Shown piece after piece: positions 8,320 through 18,384 of a stretch of 32,036 bases of DNA (positions within the stretch are counted from its first letter, which is position 1; the number at the start of each line of letters is the position of its first letter). Origin of the DNA: a virus (lineage: Duplodnaviria > Caudoviricetes); the IMG/VR virus record IMGVR_UViG_3300012940_000072, positions 1 to 32,036 of that record; one strand, given 5' to 3'. The notes under the pieces were generated by a model. That model was given only the letters and a program-made list of their open reading frames with translations, was not told the origin of the DNA and did not search any database. The position numbers were made by a program, and so were the translations under genes.

Positions 8320-10907
8320 GACAACGTATTACACCGAATCCAGAAGAACGTTTATTCGAAGCGTACATGTCGTTCGAAGGCGGGCACAATTCCGAAATCG
8401 CAAACGACAAACTTCGTGACGATGAATTTGTGATCGCCGAAAACGTAGACTTGTCTAATCGTGGATCGGCTCGACGTAGGACGGGCAGAGAACTGTTCCT
8501 TGCCGGATTGGTAGGCAATCCGCAAGGACATTTTCTGTACTATGAGATGGATACGCCTGAACCGTACCATTTGTTTGCTGCTGGCGGTAAACTGTTCTAT
8601 AAGAACGGCGCAGCGATTACACAAATAACCATACAAAACAGCGAAACCGGAACCGCGTGGACAGCAACGCTCAAAATCACAAAAGCGCCCACAGCTAATA
8701 ACTTCATGACGATCACGCTGAAAGGCACACCTTTTCCAGTCCAAGTGTTAAGTAGCATGACCATCGAAGACGTTGCAACCAAAATCTACAACAGCACATT
8801 TGATGGATTTACAGTTAAGAAAGTAGGAAAAGATTCGGTTAAATTTATATCGGATGAAGTCGGCGTCTATTCAACTGCCCCGACATTTGCACCGGGATCG
8901 ACTGGCGTTACAGCTACGTTTGTGGAAACGACTAGCGGTTCGAATGCAAGCAACCTTACTTTCCAAGCAACAAGAGATGTTGAAGCTGTTCAGTACGGAA
9001 CGGCTCTGTACATTGCAACCGGGACAAACCTTGTCGAAGTGACTCACGATGATGGTGTTTGGAAAGCGAAAACTGTCATGCCGTATACACCTTCTATGCA
9101 GGAAGTAATCTTCATCGGAACTAATGGTCTAGCCGAAGACCCTTCCGCATATGTACAAGATTCTGACTCGACTAACTTGCAATTAGCTGGCATCGCTCCT
9201 GCAACCAAGTCGGGTGCCGTCAATACAGACATGCGATTCAATGCTTACATCACTAAGCCCTCTACGATCAGCAGCGTTGAATACAAATGGGAGTATCGGA
9301 AGACAGGAAGTACGGAAATTGTCAATGGGGTTGCCGAAGTAGTTTCCATCAAAATAACTGCATCTGTTACAACTTCCGGTAATGTCTTGGTTACCTTAGA
9401 CGGTGTACCTTACTCTGTTGCGGTGACTGCTGGCATGAACGCTACGGCTGTAGCTGGTGCTATCCGTGCGAAAGAATTCATCAACTGGACCACTGGTGGA
9501 ACGGGCGACACGGTGACGATCACGTGTAATTCGAAGGGTGCAAGAACTCCGTCCACTTACACACCAAACGCAACGGGTGCGACTGGAACGCTGACCATCC
9601 CAACCAAAGGAGCAAACGGCAACTCTACTTGGGAATTGGGACAGGATTGGAAAGCCGACATTCAAGGCAAGACTTTCATCTTCAACGTGGACGATGCAGG
9701 AAGTTATGATATTCAAGCATGGGCACGTGATAAAGATGATCCGACGAACATTGTAAGCACTACGCTTTCCGGCTATAAAGTTGATCCGGTTATGGATCGT
9801 AAGAATATCCTTCAAAGTTCTGCCGGAATTCGTACATGTAACCGGATCATGCTTCATTGGGATCGTATACTGCTGTTCGGTGATACAATCAATCCTTTTT
9901 TGATGTATGTTTCCGACTTGCAAAATCCGGCTTACATCCCGACGAATAACATCATCAGTTACGACACCGGGAAGCTGGAACCCATCAACTCTGTTCTACG
10001 CTTCCAAGACTACTTGGTTATCATGACGATCACGACCACACAAACGCTGCTAGGTAAAGACCCATCATCCTATGAACGTTACCTGATTCACGATACTATC
10101 GGTTGCATTGCTCCGAAGTCTGCCGTAGTAGTAGGCAACCAGATTATATTCATGTCTTACACCGGGATTACTGCACTAAGGCCGAATCCGTATCGCGTGG
10201 AAGTCATGAACGTAAAAAGACTCGACGTGCAAATCCATAGTGAAATCTTGTCTAGGGTTACACAGACCAACGCGGCAGCAATTTTCCACGACAACCAATA
10301 CTGGATATGCTTTCCAGATGACAAGGTTATCTATCGGTTTTACTACGAGCAAAGCGTTTGGGTACGGGATAAATCTGGCAGATTGGATATTAAACAGTTT
10401 ACAACGCACGGCGGCAAGGCGTATAATTTAACAAAGACGGGTAATATTTACACGCACGAACTCGACATGTGGCAAGATGTGGACGATGTCTACGACATGA
10501 ATGTAGACAGTAAAATGTACAGTCTCGGCTACGACTTCAATAACAAGAAGCTGCGCCGGATGTATGTCATTGCTAGGCATTTTACGAGTGATGTTCCACT
10601 GTACGTGAAGGTGTGGGCAGACTCCGCGCTTGTAGTTACACCAGATGACGGCCATATCGAAATTCCAGAAGACGGAAGCCACACGAATTGGGTAACCACG
10701 ACCACGCCGAATATGCACTTCTATGCAGGAACCGTGTTAGGTAGCTGGATACTTGGCGTGAACCCTCTTGGCGACGTTCAAATTTCGGTACAAAAAGCGA
10801 ATTTGCAAGGCAAGTGTAGGCGCGTAAGAGTTAGTTTCCGACACTCCGAAAATGCGCCTTGCGAAATATACGGTTTCGGGTTTGAGTACAAGTTGAAGAA
10901 AATCTAA
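8316..10907 (+). CDS. tail nozzle / tail tubular protein B (P22 gp10- or T7 gp12-like beta-propeller)
   Basis: ATG 8316 overlaps the upstream TGA (ATGA). Contains FEGGHNS..ENVDL..RGSARRRTG, IGCIAPKS and C-terminal IYGFGFEY. Confidence 0.8.
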   Translation: MRQRITPNPEERLFEAYMSFEGGHNSEIANDKLRDDEFVIAENVDLSNRGSARRRTGRELFLAGLVGNPQGHFLYYEMDTPEPYHLFAAGGKLFYKNGAAITQITIQNSETGTAWTATLKITKAPTANNFMTITLKGTPFPVQVLSSMTIEDVATKIYNSTFDGFTVKKVGKDSVKFISDEVGVYSTAPTFAPGSTGVTATFVETTSGSNASNLTFQATRDVEAVQYGTALYIATGTNLVEVTHDDGVWKAKTVMPYTPSMQEVIFIGTNGLAEDPSAYVQDSDSTNLQLAGIAPATKSGAVNTDMRFNAYITKPSTISSVEYKWEYRKTGSTEIVNGVAEVVSIKITASVTTSGNVLVTLDGVPYSVAVTAGMNATAVAGAIRAKEFINWTTGGTGDTVTITCNSKGARTPSTYTPNATGATGTLTIPTKGANGNSTWELGQDWKADIQGKTFIFNVDDAGSYDIQAWARDKDDPTNIVSTTLSGYKVDPVMDRKNILQSSAGIRTCNRIMLHWDRILLFGDTINPFLMYVSDLQNPAYIPTNNIISYDTGKLEPINSVLRFQDYLVIMTITTTQTLLGKDPSSYERYLIHDTIGCIAPKSAVVVGNQIIFMSYTGITALRPNPYRVEVMNVKRLDVQIHSEILSRVTQTNAAAIFHDNQYWICFPDDKVIYRFYYEQSVWVRDKSGRLDIKQFTTHGGKAYNLTKTGNIYTHELDMWQDVDDVYDMNVDSKMYSLGYDFNNKKLRRMYVIARHFTSDVPLYVKVWADSALVVTPDDGHIEIPEDGSHTNWVTTTTPNMHFYAGTVLGSWILGVNPLGDVQISVQKANLQGKCRRVRVSFRHSENAPCEIYGFGFEYKLKKI

Positions 10908-10923
10908 TAGGAGGGGAAACGTT

Positions 10924-13434
10924 ATGGCAACTAGCGAAGCGGATCAGTTTTATAACTTATTTGGATACAGTCTGGACGAGTACAACAGGAAACAAGCAGA
11001 AAAGAAATCGTCGCCTGCACCGCCTAAAACTACGACTCCATCGTATAGCCAACCGTCCACTCCCTCTTACAGTCAACCGTCCACACCATCGTACAGTCAA
11101 CCGTCAACGCCGTCTTATAGTCAACCATCGTCTAGCGGATCGTATTCTTCCGGTAGCACGGCCCCCAAGCCGCCGTCCTCTCAATCGGATGGTTCTGGCG
11201 GAATCAAACTGACGCGCGTTGGTCCCGATGGTAAAGAGCATGAATTTACGGTTGTCAATGAGGAATGGGCTAAGTTTTACGAGCAGTACCACGGTGCGCA
11301 ACGGGTAGGTTCTACGCCCAACTATACAGTGTATCAACCTCCGTCGAATTACGGTGTTGACTCTCAAGGCAGACCGCTGTCAGAACAACAATGGATGGGA
11401 AGCGGCGGTCTGCTCGATCTTAGCGGTAAGAATAATGTCAATACGTACAAGCTGTCGGACGGCAGTTATTTGGACACAACGAACATGACTCCGCAGCAAA
11501 TACAAGCTGCAACATTGTGGGATGAAGTCAAGGCCGGGAAACGCTCTGCCGAAAATGCCGCTGCTGTGCTGAAAGGCATGGGCGTAGATGCCTATGGAAA
11601 TGCGGTAAATCCGTACTACCAAGGGACGAACATCTACTATGCGCAAGGGTACGTTCCCCCGGTAAGTGCATTCACTGGCGGCAGCGGTGTTGGCGTAGTC
11701 GGCGTTGGCGGTTCTGGCGGCTCTGGCGCTCCGAATACAAAAGTCGGGGCACCGCCTGCTGGTCCTGCCAACCTGAACGTAAGCGGAACGCCCGGCATGG
11801 GAGGACAATTCACAGCCGATCAACTTCGTCAGAGAATGGCCGAAAACAGCGCGAAATGGCAAGCAGCTTCCCCGGCTGAAAGGGAACGGTTGCATAACGA
11901 GAACTTAGCCCTTGCAAATCTCTTGGGTAGTTCGTACAATTCGCAAACCGGAACGTACAGCGGCGGACTGACTGGTAGCCAACAAATCACCGCTGATCAA
12001 GTGCTGGCAGCAATGGCAGCTAACGGGCAGGATTGGGCGGCGAATTCAGGGAATAAGGCAATGCAGGATGCAGCCCACAACCGTAACACGTTCTTGTCCG
12101 ACTACTTCGGACTTGGCGGATCGTACAACGCCGGGACTGGTGTATGGAACATCGGAGGAAGCGGCGGCACTCCTAGCGGTGGAGGGGGCGGCGGTACAGG
12201 ACTACCAGTATCCGATACCGGACAACCTGCCCTGCCCCCAACCGATCCATTCCAATTTTACAACAACGCGGTTAACCAGTACGGCGGGGCGGCTGTAAAT
12301 CCGGCTGATCCGTATTGGGACAGCATTCGCGCAATCGCTGAAAGCCTTGGTTCGCAGGAGTATCAGCAACGCAAATCGTCTTATGAAAATCTGGTCAAAA
12401 ACCTGACAGAGAATCAGAAAGCCGACTTGGATGCTGTACTAGCGAACCTGAACGCGGCGAAGAATGATCTTAGCAACAACACATTCCAGCAATGGCTCGA
12501 AGCTAGGCAAAACTTGGCTAATCGTGGCCTAACCGGAATGGGTGCTGGATTCCAAAACGACGCCAATACCCGGTTAATGCTGAACCAGCAAAATGCCCTT
12601 GGCAGTTTGTACGCGGACGCGAATAAAAGTATCGCGAAAACGAACTCCGACTACGGTATGCAATTGGCTGACGCATTCGCGCAAATGGCTGGCCTTAACG
12701 AGACAAGCCTGCAACAAGCGCAGTTCCAAGACATGTACAAGGACGCAAGCGGCAATATGCTCGACTTGGCTAAGATGTACGCTCAATTGGCACAAGCGCA
12801 AATGCCGTACTCGCAGTACGACCTTGGCGACCTTCTGCAAAATCAATTTAACTATGACAAACTTGGCGTAGAAAACAAGCAATTCTACGACAAGCTGAAC
12901 GCAGAAGGAAAGCAATTCTACGATAAGATGAAGAATGATTATGGTCTGGAAATGACTAAACTTATGGGCGTAGATGCGCAAGGTAACCCGACTCTCGATA
13001 CGCGTAAATTGATGGCCGAAATTGAAATGAATCGGGCCGACCTCAACGAGAAGATTCGTCATAACCGCTCGACCGAAGCAGCTTCGGCAGCATCTAACGC
13101 AATTGCGGCTGGAAGACTTCAAGAAACGATTAACAACAACGCTGCAAGATTGAAGCAGGCAGAAAGAGAACTAGACTTGGCACGTGATAAGGCCGAAACT
13201 GACAACGACAATACCATGATGGACAGACAGCTTCGCGCTCTTATTTCCGAAGCCGATAACTACGGATCATACATGAAGGAATTGAACAACGTAGCCAAGG
13301 GTTACATTGACAAGGGACTGACGAATGATCCGGCTTACAAGAACGTCATGAAGTCGCTCGAAAGTGTAACTGACAAATACAACGACGTTCTCACCGGATA
13401 TGAGATTGTAAAGAGTGGCGGAAAAATGAAGTAA
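10924..13434 (+). CDS. internal virion (DNA ejection) protein
   Basis: 836 aa, G/S/Q/N/A-rich with low complexity and C-terminal coiled coils; directly follows the nozzle as in podoviruses. Confidence 0.65.
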   Translation: MATSEADQFYNLFGYSLDEYNRKQAEKKSSPAPPKTTTPSYSQPSTPSYSQPSTPSYSQPSTPSYSQPSSSGSYSSGSTAPKPPSSQSDGSGGIKLTRVGPDGKEHEFTVVNEEWAKFYEQYHGAQRVGSTPNYTVYQPPSNYGVDSQGRPLSEQQWMGSGGLLDLSGKNNVNTYKLSDGSYLDTTNMTPQQIQAATLWDEVKAGKRSAENAAAVLKGMGVDAYGNAVNPYYQGTNIYYAQGYVPPVSAFTGGSGVGVVGVGGSGGSGAPNTKVGAPPAGPANLNVSGTPGMGGQFTADQLRQRMAENSAKWQAASPAERERLHNENLALANLLGSSYNSQTGTYSGGLTGSQQITADQVLAAMAANGQDWAANSGNKAMQDAAHNRNTFLSDYFGLGGSYNAGTGVWNIGGSGGTPSGGGGGGTGLPVSDTGQPALPPTDPFQFYNNAVNQYGGAAVNPADPYWDSIRAIAESLGSQEYQQRKSSYENLVKNLTENQKADLDAVLANLNAAKNDLSNNTFQQWLEARQNLANRGLTGMGAGFQNDANTRLMLNQQNALGSLYADANKSIAKTNSDYGMQLADAFAQMAGLNETSLQQAQFQDMYKDASGNMLDLAKMYAQLAQAQMPYSQYDLGDLLQNQFNYDKLGVENKQFYDKLNAEGKQFYDKMKNDYGLEMTKLMGVDAQGNPTLDTRKLMAEIEMNRADLNEKIRHNRSTEAASAASNAIAAGRLQETINNNAARLKQAERELDLARDKAETDNDNTMMDRQLRALISEADNYGSYMKELNNVAKGYIDKGLTNDPAYKNVMKSLESVTDKYNDVLTGYEIVKSGGKMK
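11035..11130 (+). repeat. 24-bp tandem repeat (TPSYSQPS x4)
   Basis: Four identical peptide units encoded with differing synonymous codons. Confidence 0.9.
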
Positions 13435-13447
13435 GGGAGGGTTAGCC

Positions 13448-16400
13448 GTGGCACTCAGACCAGCACGTGGATACGATTTTAGTCAAGCGCCTGCATCTAC
13501 GATTGACACGTCTTGGATCAATGCGCTTGCCAATAACCCTCCTGTCGAACAGAAGAAAGCGGCTGTCCCAACGCAGCCGCTTTGGAAGGATATGCTTGGT
13601 ACGTTAGGCGGAACATCGTCTATCGTAACTGGCAGCGCCAATAGCAGCATTAAAAAGTGGTCCGACTTACTCAGCGGTAAGCGCAGTCTTGCAGAAATTT
13701 GGAAAGATGAAGCAAAGGGCATCGACGCTCCCGGTATCCAACTAGCCAAGGCTCAGATAAACCAGTGGAACAACTCGCCGGGCTTCCAGTGGAACGACAT
13801 ACCGGGCCTTGGAACACTCAACCTTGCTAACCAAACACTCGACCACGGCTCCGACCTTCTGGAAACCTTCGGCGTAAAGAACCAAGGCGCTCAGAAGTGG
13901 GGCGGATTGGCGCTCGACATTGCACTCGATCCGATTACTTGGCTGACTGGTGGCTCTACTGCGGCAATGCGTGCAGCGGGACTAACGGCAGCAAAGGCAG
14001 CGGCAAAAACAGCAGGCGTTGCTACCAAAGCAAAGTCCGTTGAAAAGATCGCCGAAGAAGTAGCCGATGCCGCAGTAAGAAAAGCTGTCGGTAATAGTGC
14101 GAGAGGGTTGGGTAAAGGCGTAGAAGAAACGATTTACAACACAGCAAAGAAACAAATAACAGACGCAGTAAGTCAAGGAAGGCGCACACAGCAAAACGCA
14201 ATGTTCTCTTTGGGAATACCGTTTACGGACATTGCAGCAGGCATCGGTACCAAACCGCTTTGGGCACAGAAGATGGCCGGGACCATCCCGGCTACGATTG
14301 GGACAATCGGCGGTGCCCATGTGCGCTCCATTTTGGACAACCTTGGCCTGAACAGCGCGCAGCAACGCCAATTCTTGCAGGCCAAGTACGGTGTCGATTC
14401 CGCAGAACGGATGACCGAAGATGGATTAAGGCATTTATTGGATAGTGTAAAGAAGACAGACGCGCCGACAGCAAAACTTGTACAAACAGAAACCAGACTT
14501 AATCCAACTGTTCAGTACAACAAGTTCGATCCTGACGCGTTCCTTGGACAACTCGATCCGCGCATTTCAGCGGTCCTTGAACCGATGGTACGTGGACTGT
14601 CTAAGGACGAACTTACCCCGGCCATTCTTGGAAGCCAGCGTGTGGCCCCATCCGACCTCCGCACACTGAACACCTTGGGAGCGGACGCTGCCGACATGTA
14701 CGGTGCTGGTATCAGTAAGTTTTCGAATACGACCAAGGGAAAGACTGCTGACGCAGTTTCCGGCCAATTCGCCGATGCCGCGCAAGGGCTACGTGGGGCA
14801 AGTCATACGGCTAACATTCAATTCAATCCAACACCGTACTACGGTGATATGGTATTTAGTTGGTTGGATAGCCTTATGAAGAACACTGATACGTTCCGGC
14901 AAGGGGAAGTTGCAGGCCGCAGACTGTTGCCGAAGATTTTCAATCCGCGTTCGCTTGGCGGGCAGGATGAATTTGTGAACAATTCTGCTAACGCGATCCG
15001 TGACGCAGAAACCAAAGTGTTCGGCCAAACTCAGCAGCTTCACAACGAGAAACGCGCCCTGGATAAGTTCGTTAAGGACAACAATATCACCGATGAAGAC
15101 TACAAGGCTGTCCAATACTTGATGGAGAACAAAGCGCCGAAAGGTTATACACCAGATGCAAGCCGTCAAGCAGTAGTGCAACAGCTTGCCGACATGTTGA
15201 AACCGATTATGGATCGGATCGGCGAGCAGGGAATGCGATCCGGTGTGCTGGATAATCTTCGCGAAAACTACTTCCCGCACGTTATTAACAAAGAGTTTGA
15301 TGGTGAGTTTGTACCGCGCCCACTCTCTGGACAGTCCGAAGTTTCTGGATTCAACAAAGATCGTAGATCGTTCGAAACGATGGCGGACTTAGACGATTAT
15401 ATCGCAGCTAAACACGACGAAGCAATGCGGGCTACCCAAGCAGGAGATGCCGAAAAAGCACAAGCCGCATTGGAAGACGCAAAGCAAGCGTCCGAATTGT
15501 TCGAACGTAATTCGGTCGAAGCTGTGTACGAACGTGCCAAGAATGGTATCCGAACGAACGCTATGCGTGAGATGCACAACACGCTACGCGACAAGGGCCT
15601 TATCGTACCAAGGGATAAGGTCACCGGACACCACACTTCAACAGGACAATTCCATACGCTTACTACCAAGGAAGCGTCCGACTTGGGTATGAAGCAAGGC
15701 GACCTGATTCATGAAGAAGTTTTCAACGGCATGAAGAAGATCGAAGGATTGTTCGGCGATGAAGCCAAGTTGAACAAGCTGTTCGAAACGGCCAATACAC
15801 TTACGAACTTATTCAAGTCGGCAGTTACGACCGCCGTTCCTGCACACTTTTGGAACAACTTCATCGGTAACATCTTCAATAATTCCTTGGCTGGTGTTCG
15901 TGCAAAAGATTACGGCGCTGCCGTCAAACTTATGCGCGGACTTTCGAAAGGTAAATTGGATGAAAAATCGATGAAAGTTATGCAGGAAGCAATCGATTAT
16001 GGTGCGTTTGGACAGGGTTTCACGTCCGATTTTAAGCGATTTATGAACAAATCCGAAGCCAAGGGTACGTTGGAACGCTTAGAATTCACCATGAGGAACA
16101 TGTTAGAAAAGACACCTTGGGCAGTTTGGGGGCATAAAGGCGAGAACGTAACGCGCTTGGCTAACTTCCTGAATGGCAAGGCGAAAACCGGATCGGCAGC
16201 GAAGGCCGCAGAGCAAATGCGTAAGTACCTGTTCTCTTACCACGAGATGACCAGCGCAGACCGCGCCGTTCGCGTGGCTATTCCATTCTGGAATTGGACC
16301 AAACACAACCTGCCGTTGCAGTTCGAACAATTGTTCAAGAATACGCGAATTTACGAGAACTATGTACGCGTTAAAGACCTGTGGGATGAAGAAACGGATG

Positions 16401-16792
16401 CCGAAGATGCACCGGAATGGGCACAGGACCAGTATTGGCGCGTACCGGGGACCGACATGGGCATACCGCTCCGCCTGCCTACGAGTGACCTTGATATCGC
16501 ATCGATGAACCCTTTGGAAACAATCAGAGATTTCGGTGCTATGGCGAACCCATACGTCAAAAACTTGGCAGAACTTTCACTTAACAAACAGTTCTTTACT
16601 GGAAATCCGATAGATTGGGATGTACCGCCGAACGCGACACCACGACTTGGACCATCTCTGGAATACCTGAGTAATCAGTTTGGCGGCGTGTCGAAAACGT
16701 TCGACCTGTTGAACTCTTCTAGTGGTGATGATGTTTTAAAAAATATCATTGCAATGCTTGTCGGTAAGCCATTCGATTACAGCCAGAAGTAA
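13448..16792 (+). CDS. large internal virion (ejection) protein
   Basis: 1114 aa, helical; LALDIALDPITWLTGG, ENYFPHVI and IPFWNWTKHNLPLQ resemble podovirus DNA-transfer proteins. Last gene before the lysis cassette. Confidence 0.65.
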   Translation: MALRPARGYDFSQAPASTIDTSWINALANNPPVEQKKAAVPTQPLWKDMLGTLGGTSSIVTGSANSSIKKWSDLLSGKRSLAEIWKDEAKGIDAPGIQLAKAQINQWNNSPGFQWNDIPGLGTLNLANQTLDHGSDLLETFGVKNQGAQKWGGLALDIALDPITWLTGGSTAAMRAAGLTAAKAAAKTAGVATKAKSVEKIAEEVADAAVRKAVGNSARGLGKGVEETIYNTAKKQITDAVSQGRRTQQNAMFSLGIPFTDIAAGIGTKPLWAQKMAGTIPATIGTIGGAHVRSILDNLGLNSAQQRQFLQAKYGVDSAERMTEDGLRHLLDSVKKTDAPTAKLVQTETRLNPTVQYNKFDPDAFLGQLDPRISAVLEPMVRGLSKDELTPAILGSQRVAPSDLRTLNTLGADAADMYGAGISKFSNTTKGKTADAVSGQFADAAQGLRGASHTANIQFNPTPYYGDMVFSWLDSLMKNTDTFRQGEVAGRRLLPKIFNPRSLGGQDEFVNNSANAIRDAETKVFGQTQQLHNEKRALDKFVKDNNITDEDYKAVQYLMENKAPKGYTPDASRQAVVQQLADMLKPIMDRIGEQGMRSGVLDNLRENYFPHVINKEFDGEFVPRPLSGQSEVSGFNKDRRSFETMADLDDYIAAKHDEAMRATQAGDAEKAQAALEDAKQASELFERNSVEAVYERAKNGIRTNAMREMHNTLRDKGLIVPRDKVTGHHTSTGQFHTLTTKEASDLGMKQGDLIHEEVFNGMKKIEGLFGDEAKLNKLFETANTLTNLFKSAVTTAVPAHFWNNFIGNIFNNSLAGVRAKDYGAAVKLMRGLSKGKLDEKSMKVMQEAIDYGAFGQGFTSDFKRFMNKSEAKGTLERLEFTMRNMLEKTPWAVWGHKGENVTRLANFLNGKAKTGSAAKAAEQMRKYLFSYHEMTSADRAVRVAIPFWNWTKHNLPLQFEQLFKNTRIYENYVRVKDLWDEETDAEDAPEWAQDQYWRVPGTDMGIPLRLPTSDLDIASMNPLETIRDFGAMANPYVKNLAELSLNKQFFTGNPIDWDVPPNATPRLGPSLEYLSNQFGGVSKTFDLLNSSSGDDVLKNIIAMLVGKPFDYSQK

Positions 16793-16812
16793 CAAGAAAG
16801 GAGGATAACCAG

Positions 16813-17055
16813 ATGGGCGAAGAAGTTTTGACAAAAACTCTTAGCCTGTCGGACAGCATATACCTAGTCCTCTTAGTAGCAGTTTCACTTGCTTTCTGGC
16901 GGCTATTGATGTACGCGTTCAAACAAAACCGTGAAGCATTCAGGAAGAATGAAGAACGCGAACAGCGTTATATCGGCGTAATCGAATCGCAAGCCAAAAG
17001 TCTTCAAAACATTGAATCCGATGTACGAGACATTAAGCAAAAAATATTCAAATAA
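16813..17055 (+). CDS. holin-like protein (BhlA/UviB type)
   Basis: One transmembrane helix, then KNEEREQRYIGVIE..IESDVRDIK coiled coil; upstream of the endolysin. Confidence 0.7.
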   Translation: MGEEVLTKTLSLSDSIYLVLLVAVSLAFWRLLMYAFKQNREAFRKNEEREQRYIGVIESQAKSLQNIESDVRDIKQKIFK

Positions 17056-17069
17056 AAGGACTGATAACC

Positions 17070-17846
17070 ATGAAAGGTATCGATTGCGCCAATCCGCTGA
17101 CGGCCAGCAAAGCGCAGGCTATTGCCGCCGAAGGGTACAAGTTCGCGGCCCGGTATCTGGTTCCTGATAAATACGCGTGGAAGCGACTGATCCGGCTGGA
17201 AGCCGAAGCGATCACCAAAGCGGGTATGCAAATCCTGTCCGTATTCGAAACGTCCGCAGCACGTCCGAAGGGCGGCGCGGCCAACGGTAAAGCAGACGGA
17301 ATCGCTGCATACAAGGAAGCGGTCGCTATTGGGCAACCGTTAGGTAGTGCGATCTATACTGCCTGCGACTGGGATACGACTGCTGCCGATTACAACGCTA
17401 TTGAACAATACTTGCTGGCCTTTGCCAAGGAAGTTCCCGGCTATGAAGTTGGCGTGTACGCTGAGTATGCAGTTATTGAAGAAATGGCAAAAAGAAAAGC
17501 CTGCCGACACTTCTGGCAGACTTATGCTTGGAGCGGTGGAAAGCGCAGCGCACATGCGAACGTATACCAGTACAAGAACGGCCAAGTGATCGCATACCAC
17601 GGCGTTGACCTGAATGAATCTTACGGCAATGAGGGTTTTTGGAACACGAACCCGGTTCCTGCTGACAAGCCTGTCTATTCGGATATCGACAAGCATTGGG
17701 CCAAATATGACATCATCAGAGTGACCGAAGCAGGAATACTTGCTGGCTATCCCGATGGAACGTTCAAACCGAACCAACCGCTTACCCGCGCAGAATTCGC
17801 ATCCGCCTTGGTTCGTTTTGATAAATACATTAAGGGAGTGAAGTAA
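17070..17846 (+). CDS. endolysin: DUF1906/GH25-like glycoside hydrolase with C-terminal SLH domain
   Basis: MKGIDC..GYKFAARYL, IYTACDWD, WQTYAWSGG, VDLN; SLH motif YSDIDKHWA..GYPDGTFKPNQPLTRAEFA. Confidence 0.9.
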   Translation: MKGIDCANPLTASKAQAIAAEGYKFAARYLVPDKYAWKRLIRLEAEAITKAGMQILSVFETSAARPKGGAANGKADGIAAYKEAVAIGQPLGSAIYTACDWDTTAADYNAIEQYLLAFAKEVPGYEVGVYAEYAVIEEMAKRKACRHFWQTYAWSGGKRSAHANVYQYKNGQVIAYHGVDLNESYGNEGFWNTNPVPADKPVYSDIDKHWAKYDIIRVTEAGILAGYPDGTFKPNQPLTRAEFASALVRFDKYIKGVK

Positions 17847-17847
17847 C

Positions 17848-18042
17848 ATGGACAAGAAGTGGCTTAAAGCCGCATCGATCCGCGCAGCTAAGACGGCAGC
17901 ACAAGCGGCCATTACTGCAATTGGGACAACGGCAGTATTCTACGAAGTCAACTGGACTTTTGTCGGCAGTTCCGCGCTGCTGGCTGGAATACTCAGTTAC
18001 CTGACCAGCATCGGCGGATTGCCCGAAGTTCCGAAAGAGTAA
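17848..18042 (+). CDS. holin (r1t-like family)
   Basis: KWLKAASIRAAKTAAQAAI..VNW..LAGILSYLTSIGGLPEV is the typical signature. Confidence 0.85.
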   Translation: MDKKWLKAASIRAAKTAAQAAITAIGTTAVFYEVNWTFVGSSALLAGILSYLTSIGGLPEVPKE

Positions 18043-18048
18043 AGAAAG

Positions 18049-18076
18049 AGGGAGCGTACAGTGTACGTTCCCTTTT
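18049..18076. terminator. probable bidirectional intrinsic terminator between convergent operons
   Basis: AGGGAGCGTAC-AGT-GTACGTTCCCT followed by TTT, with an A-rich tract (AAAGAAAG) on the left. Confidence 0.8.
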
Positions 18077-18152
18077 ACTTTCTCCTGATGTTAATGAAAC
18101 CGAACAGGAGAATAGCAACGAGAATGATCCAAGTCAATACTTCCGGTGACAT
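18075..18152 (-). CDS. 25-aa single-TM micro-peptide
   Basis: MSPEVLTWIILVAILLFGFINIRRK*, preceded by GAAAGGG; ends at the terminator. Confidence 0.55.
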   Translation of the reverse strand: MSPEVLTWIILVAILLFGFINIRRK

Positions 18153-18183
18153 AACATATTCAACCCTTTCGCGCATTTTATTA

Positions 18184-18384
18184 CTATATGCGCGGTTTCT
18201 CCACAATAGCATAGTATTTTGAAGAATAGTACATATGCGTTACCCCTTCGTTGACTACCTTGTACCCTTCCCCTATCTTTATCTGCTTCTTGCGTTCTAA
18301 CTCAGACTTTGATCCAGCCACAAGACGGATCGACAGCACGTTCTGCGACTTTTTGCTAAAGCTGTAGCTGGACATTAATATCAC
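18184..18384 (-). CDS. hypothetical protein
   Basis: 66-aa ORF coupled to the resolvase stop (GTGA overlap). Confidence 0.6.
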   Translation of the reverse strand: MILMSSYSFSKKSQNVLSIRLVAGSKSELERKKQIKIGEGYKVVNEGVTHMYYSSKYYAIVEKPRI

